Shown here: piece after piece, positions 61,062 through 64,000 of the stretch
Layout of the letters: each line of letters begins with the position of its first letter
Numbering within the stretch: the stretch's first letter is position 1
Translations under genes and position numbers: made by a program
Source of the DNA: Chrysomallon squamiferum
Taxonomy: Eukaryota > Animalia > Mollusca
Reading direction: 5' to 3'
NCBI GenBank assembly: GCA_012295275.1
Contig: CM022665.1
Coordinates: 3,782,001 to 3,846,000, forward strand
DNA length: 64,000 bases
The notes under the pieces: model-generated
What the model was told of the DNA's origin: nothing
Databases searched by the model: none
The model's input: only the letters and a program-made list of their open reading frames with translations

Positions 61062-62070
61062 ACGTTTGTTTGTGTCTGTGTAGGTGTGTAATATTTTTAG
61101 GTTTTGGAATTAGATTTAATGGATTGTCCCAGTAGTATATTGAAAACAAAATAAATTAACCAGGATATTTTTTTTTTTTTTTCACAGTGAACATTAAAGA
61201 ATAAAGGTCTGATAATTTTAAATGTGTTTGATGAAGAAAGAAATGTTTTGTTTAATCTGCTGCCGTTATAAAGCGATTATAATGCATCACATATACAGTA
61301 AAAGACAGTACAGATGTTTTAAATAACAGTGAAAGACAATTGCCTTGAACAAACAAATCTTATATAACTTTAACGTGTGCTTAAACAGTTGACTTTATAA
61401 AACTTCACGACTTTATTAAATTAGTCATAATCGGCCAATTCAGAATTTAACATTTTTCTTACCATCCCTCCTTCTTTATTAGTAACATGAGAGTTAATTA
61501 TACAACATAACATTATTTTTTTTTTTTTTTTAATAATGACATCCTATACCAAACCCACTTCCCGACACAGGAAATATTTATAATTTTAAAAGAACTGTCT
61601 CATAATGGAATTTAAAAAAAAAAAAAAAAAAATTTTTTTTTTTTTTTATCTGAATTACTAATGAATACCATAATGATCGTGATTATGCAGTTAGAATCAC
61701 GTACCTTATTCAAACAAGGTGGGTTCAGACAAGTGCAGCGGTGCTTTCCGTTGTCCGTCCTCTCGCAAGTCTCGTTGACGTTACAAGGGTTTGGAATACA
61801 CGGGTCTTGGCGCTTGCAAATCTTCACACACGTTGTCTGGCAGTGACCTTTGAACTGACACAGGAAACAAGCCAGCATCGGCCGCTCTCGACAAATTCCG
61901 TCGCAGAAGCCGGTGTATGAACACAAACTGCAGTACGGACAAAGACGTTTTCCCCCGGCCAGTAAGTCAGCCACGATGCGGTCAACAGTCGGTGGGGTGG
62001 TTGACGAAAGCGCGAAACAAGTGGCTGAAAAACTGAAGAAAACCAGCAAAGCTCCGAGTCTGAAATTCAT
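60247..62070 (-). CDS. Secreted cysteine-rich peptide precursor (10-Cys domain + EGF/FOLN-like domain), 131 aa
   Basis: Exon 62070-61705 encodes signal MNFRLGALLVFFSFSATCFA, a propeptide, GKR, LCPYCSLC...CVKIC, KR and QDPCIPNPC...CTCLNPPCLNK. The probable last exon is 60276-60247 (AKVVLQKII*), with AATAAA near 60104-60109. The last exon is less certain. Confidence 0.78.
60987..61060. repeat. (GT)n microsatellite
   Basis: Perfect run. Confidence 0.95.
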
Positions 62071-62609
62071 TGTCGCGTCGAGCAAGACAGTTTTGAAACC
62101 GAAATATCTGTGATATTAAGGGAAGATTTGTACAGTTACTCTTGTTAATAAATAAAAAAAAAAAAACTAAACCAGTTCGCAAATTCAGCTCAGTGTATGA
62201 CAGAGTGCTTGCTATGGTATGAATTCAGCTAAAATATCCTTTTAAAAAGTTGTCAACTAATTCATATAGAGGCTGAGAGAGAGAGAGAAAAAAAGAAATC
62301 TTTCAGTTTAGCGATGTTACAGTTATCGGAGTGTGGTGTGTATGGTTTTTATACGTTTGCTTGACTGGTTTTTTTTTAAGAATGATCTTCCAGGATGTAA
62401 GATTTGAGGTAAGTGCGCTGTGATGGATGACTTCGACTGGTACAGTGCGGAATGTCGCAGGCTGGACGTGCTGCATGTGACAACAGCCTTACTAACATGC
62501 AGTAAATAACATCAAACACATGACGTTTTATGATTAACTCACGGCGACGTGTTAATCAGGTTTAATGCAGCTAATTACATAATACACATTATTTCTTTGT
62601 TGTTTATCC

Positions 62610-62611
<2 letters not shown>

Positions 62612-62687
<76 letters not shown>

Positions 62688-62809
62688 TATCCATCCTTGT
62701 GTCCGTGTCACCACCCACCTTTCTCCATAGCATACATTCTTACAGATGATACAACAACAACAACAACAACAACAACAATAATAATAATATCTATCTCTCT
62801 CTCTATCTC

Positions 62810-62900
<91 letters not shown>

Positions 62901-62952
62901 GTCTGTCTATCTATCTGTATGTCTGTCTGATCTCTGTCTGTCTGTTTGACTG

Positions 62953-62991
<39 letters not shown>

Positions 62992-63019
62992 GTATGTCTG
63001 TCTGATGTCTGTCTGTCTA

Positions 63020-63058
<39 letters not shown>

Positions 63059-63083
63059 GTCTGTCTTTCTGTTTGTCTATCTA

Positions 63084-63114
<31 letters not shown>

Positions 63115-63236
63115 GTCTGACTGTCTATCTATATGTCTGTCTGCCTGTCTGTCTGTCTAACTGTCTATCTATCTATCTATCTATTTGAATGTCTGTATAT
63201 CTGTCTGTCTGTCTGTCAGTCTGTCTGTCTGTCAGT
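62612..63236. repeat. Compound (CT)n, (CAA)n, (CTAT)n/(CTGT)n microsatellite array
   Basis: Visible long low-complexity array. Confidence 0.92.
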
Positions 63237-63724
63237 CATATGTTCCAAACTTTTGTTTATTTTTTCTTCACATTTTGTATTCGTGTTTGTCTCGTACCTC
63301 GAGGTTCTGCGCGCTGTTATTTATCTCTTCCGTGTCCTGCGTCATACTGGGATTTTTTTTGTTGATTTTTTTGTTGATTGGTTTTTTTTTTTTTTTTTTT
63401 TTTCATGACTAAATCCACTGATAATCTCTCATTCAATTTATTTGTTTACATTCATGTGTTAGAATCGCTGCTGATTGTGAAATTGTGAATTAATAAAATA
63501 ATTTCAACGATTAATATCTATTGTTTAATAACAAACTATTCTGTGATGTTTGCTTTGTTTGTTTGTTTGTTTATTTATTTATTTATTTAAACTGTTTGTT
63601 TATTTTATATATGTTTATATGAACACTTTTAGACAAATGTATCAGCAAATACTAATAACTACTTGTTCTAGTGATACGTTGTTGATGATGATCAGAACAA
63701 ACAACAACAATAACAACAACAACA

Positions 63725-63773
<49 letters not shown>

Positions 63774-64000
63774 TAATAATAAGAAGAAGAAGAAGAAGAA
63801 GAAAACAGCTACAACAATAGCCACTAACATTATAATGATGATAGTTTATAATAATAACCCAAAATCAAATTTTTTTTGTTGTTTTTTAAATGACTCTACA
63901 GACTATATTGTGCGATGTTGTTAATGGAAGAGAAATAACTCAGGAGGCCTTAAGGAAACATTGCTGTAGTAAAACGAATGACGAGCTTATTTGCTTCAAC

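Overview
AT-rich, microsatellite-dense, intron-containing animal DNA. It is an invertebrate, probably a mollusc (inferred from gene and repeat content only). Eight multi-exon genes were reconstructed by hand with GT-AG junctions and consistent phases: (1) an NAAA-like lysosomal Ntn-hydrolase (minus strand, 3' end runs off the window); (2) a complete 14-exon PYROXD1 (minus); (3-4) a tail-to-tail pair of IGF-type insulin-like peptide genes with an unusual CC-x5-C A-chain and a shared C-terminal motif; (5-7) a tandem cluster of three type I membrane proteins (signal peptide, SUEL-lectin-like Cys domain, CUB-like domain, stalk, TM helix) with very different cytoplasmic tails, two of which share an unrecognised 61-aa domain while the third is Tyr-motif-rich and frameshifted; (8) a secreted precursor predicted to be cut at dibasic sites into a 10-Cys peptide and an EGF/FOLN-like peptide. 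There are also several MITEs, SINE-like remnants and many SSRs. No CRISPR, rRNA or intact tRNA was seen. All family assignments come from remembered motifs, with no database search.
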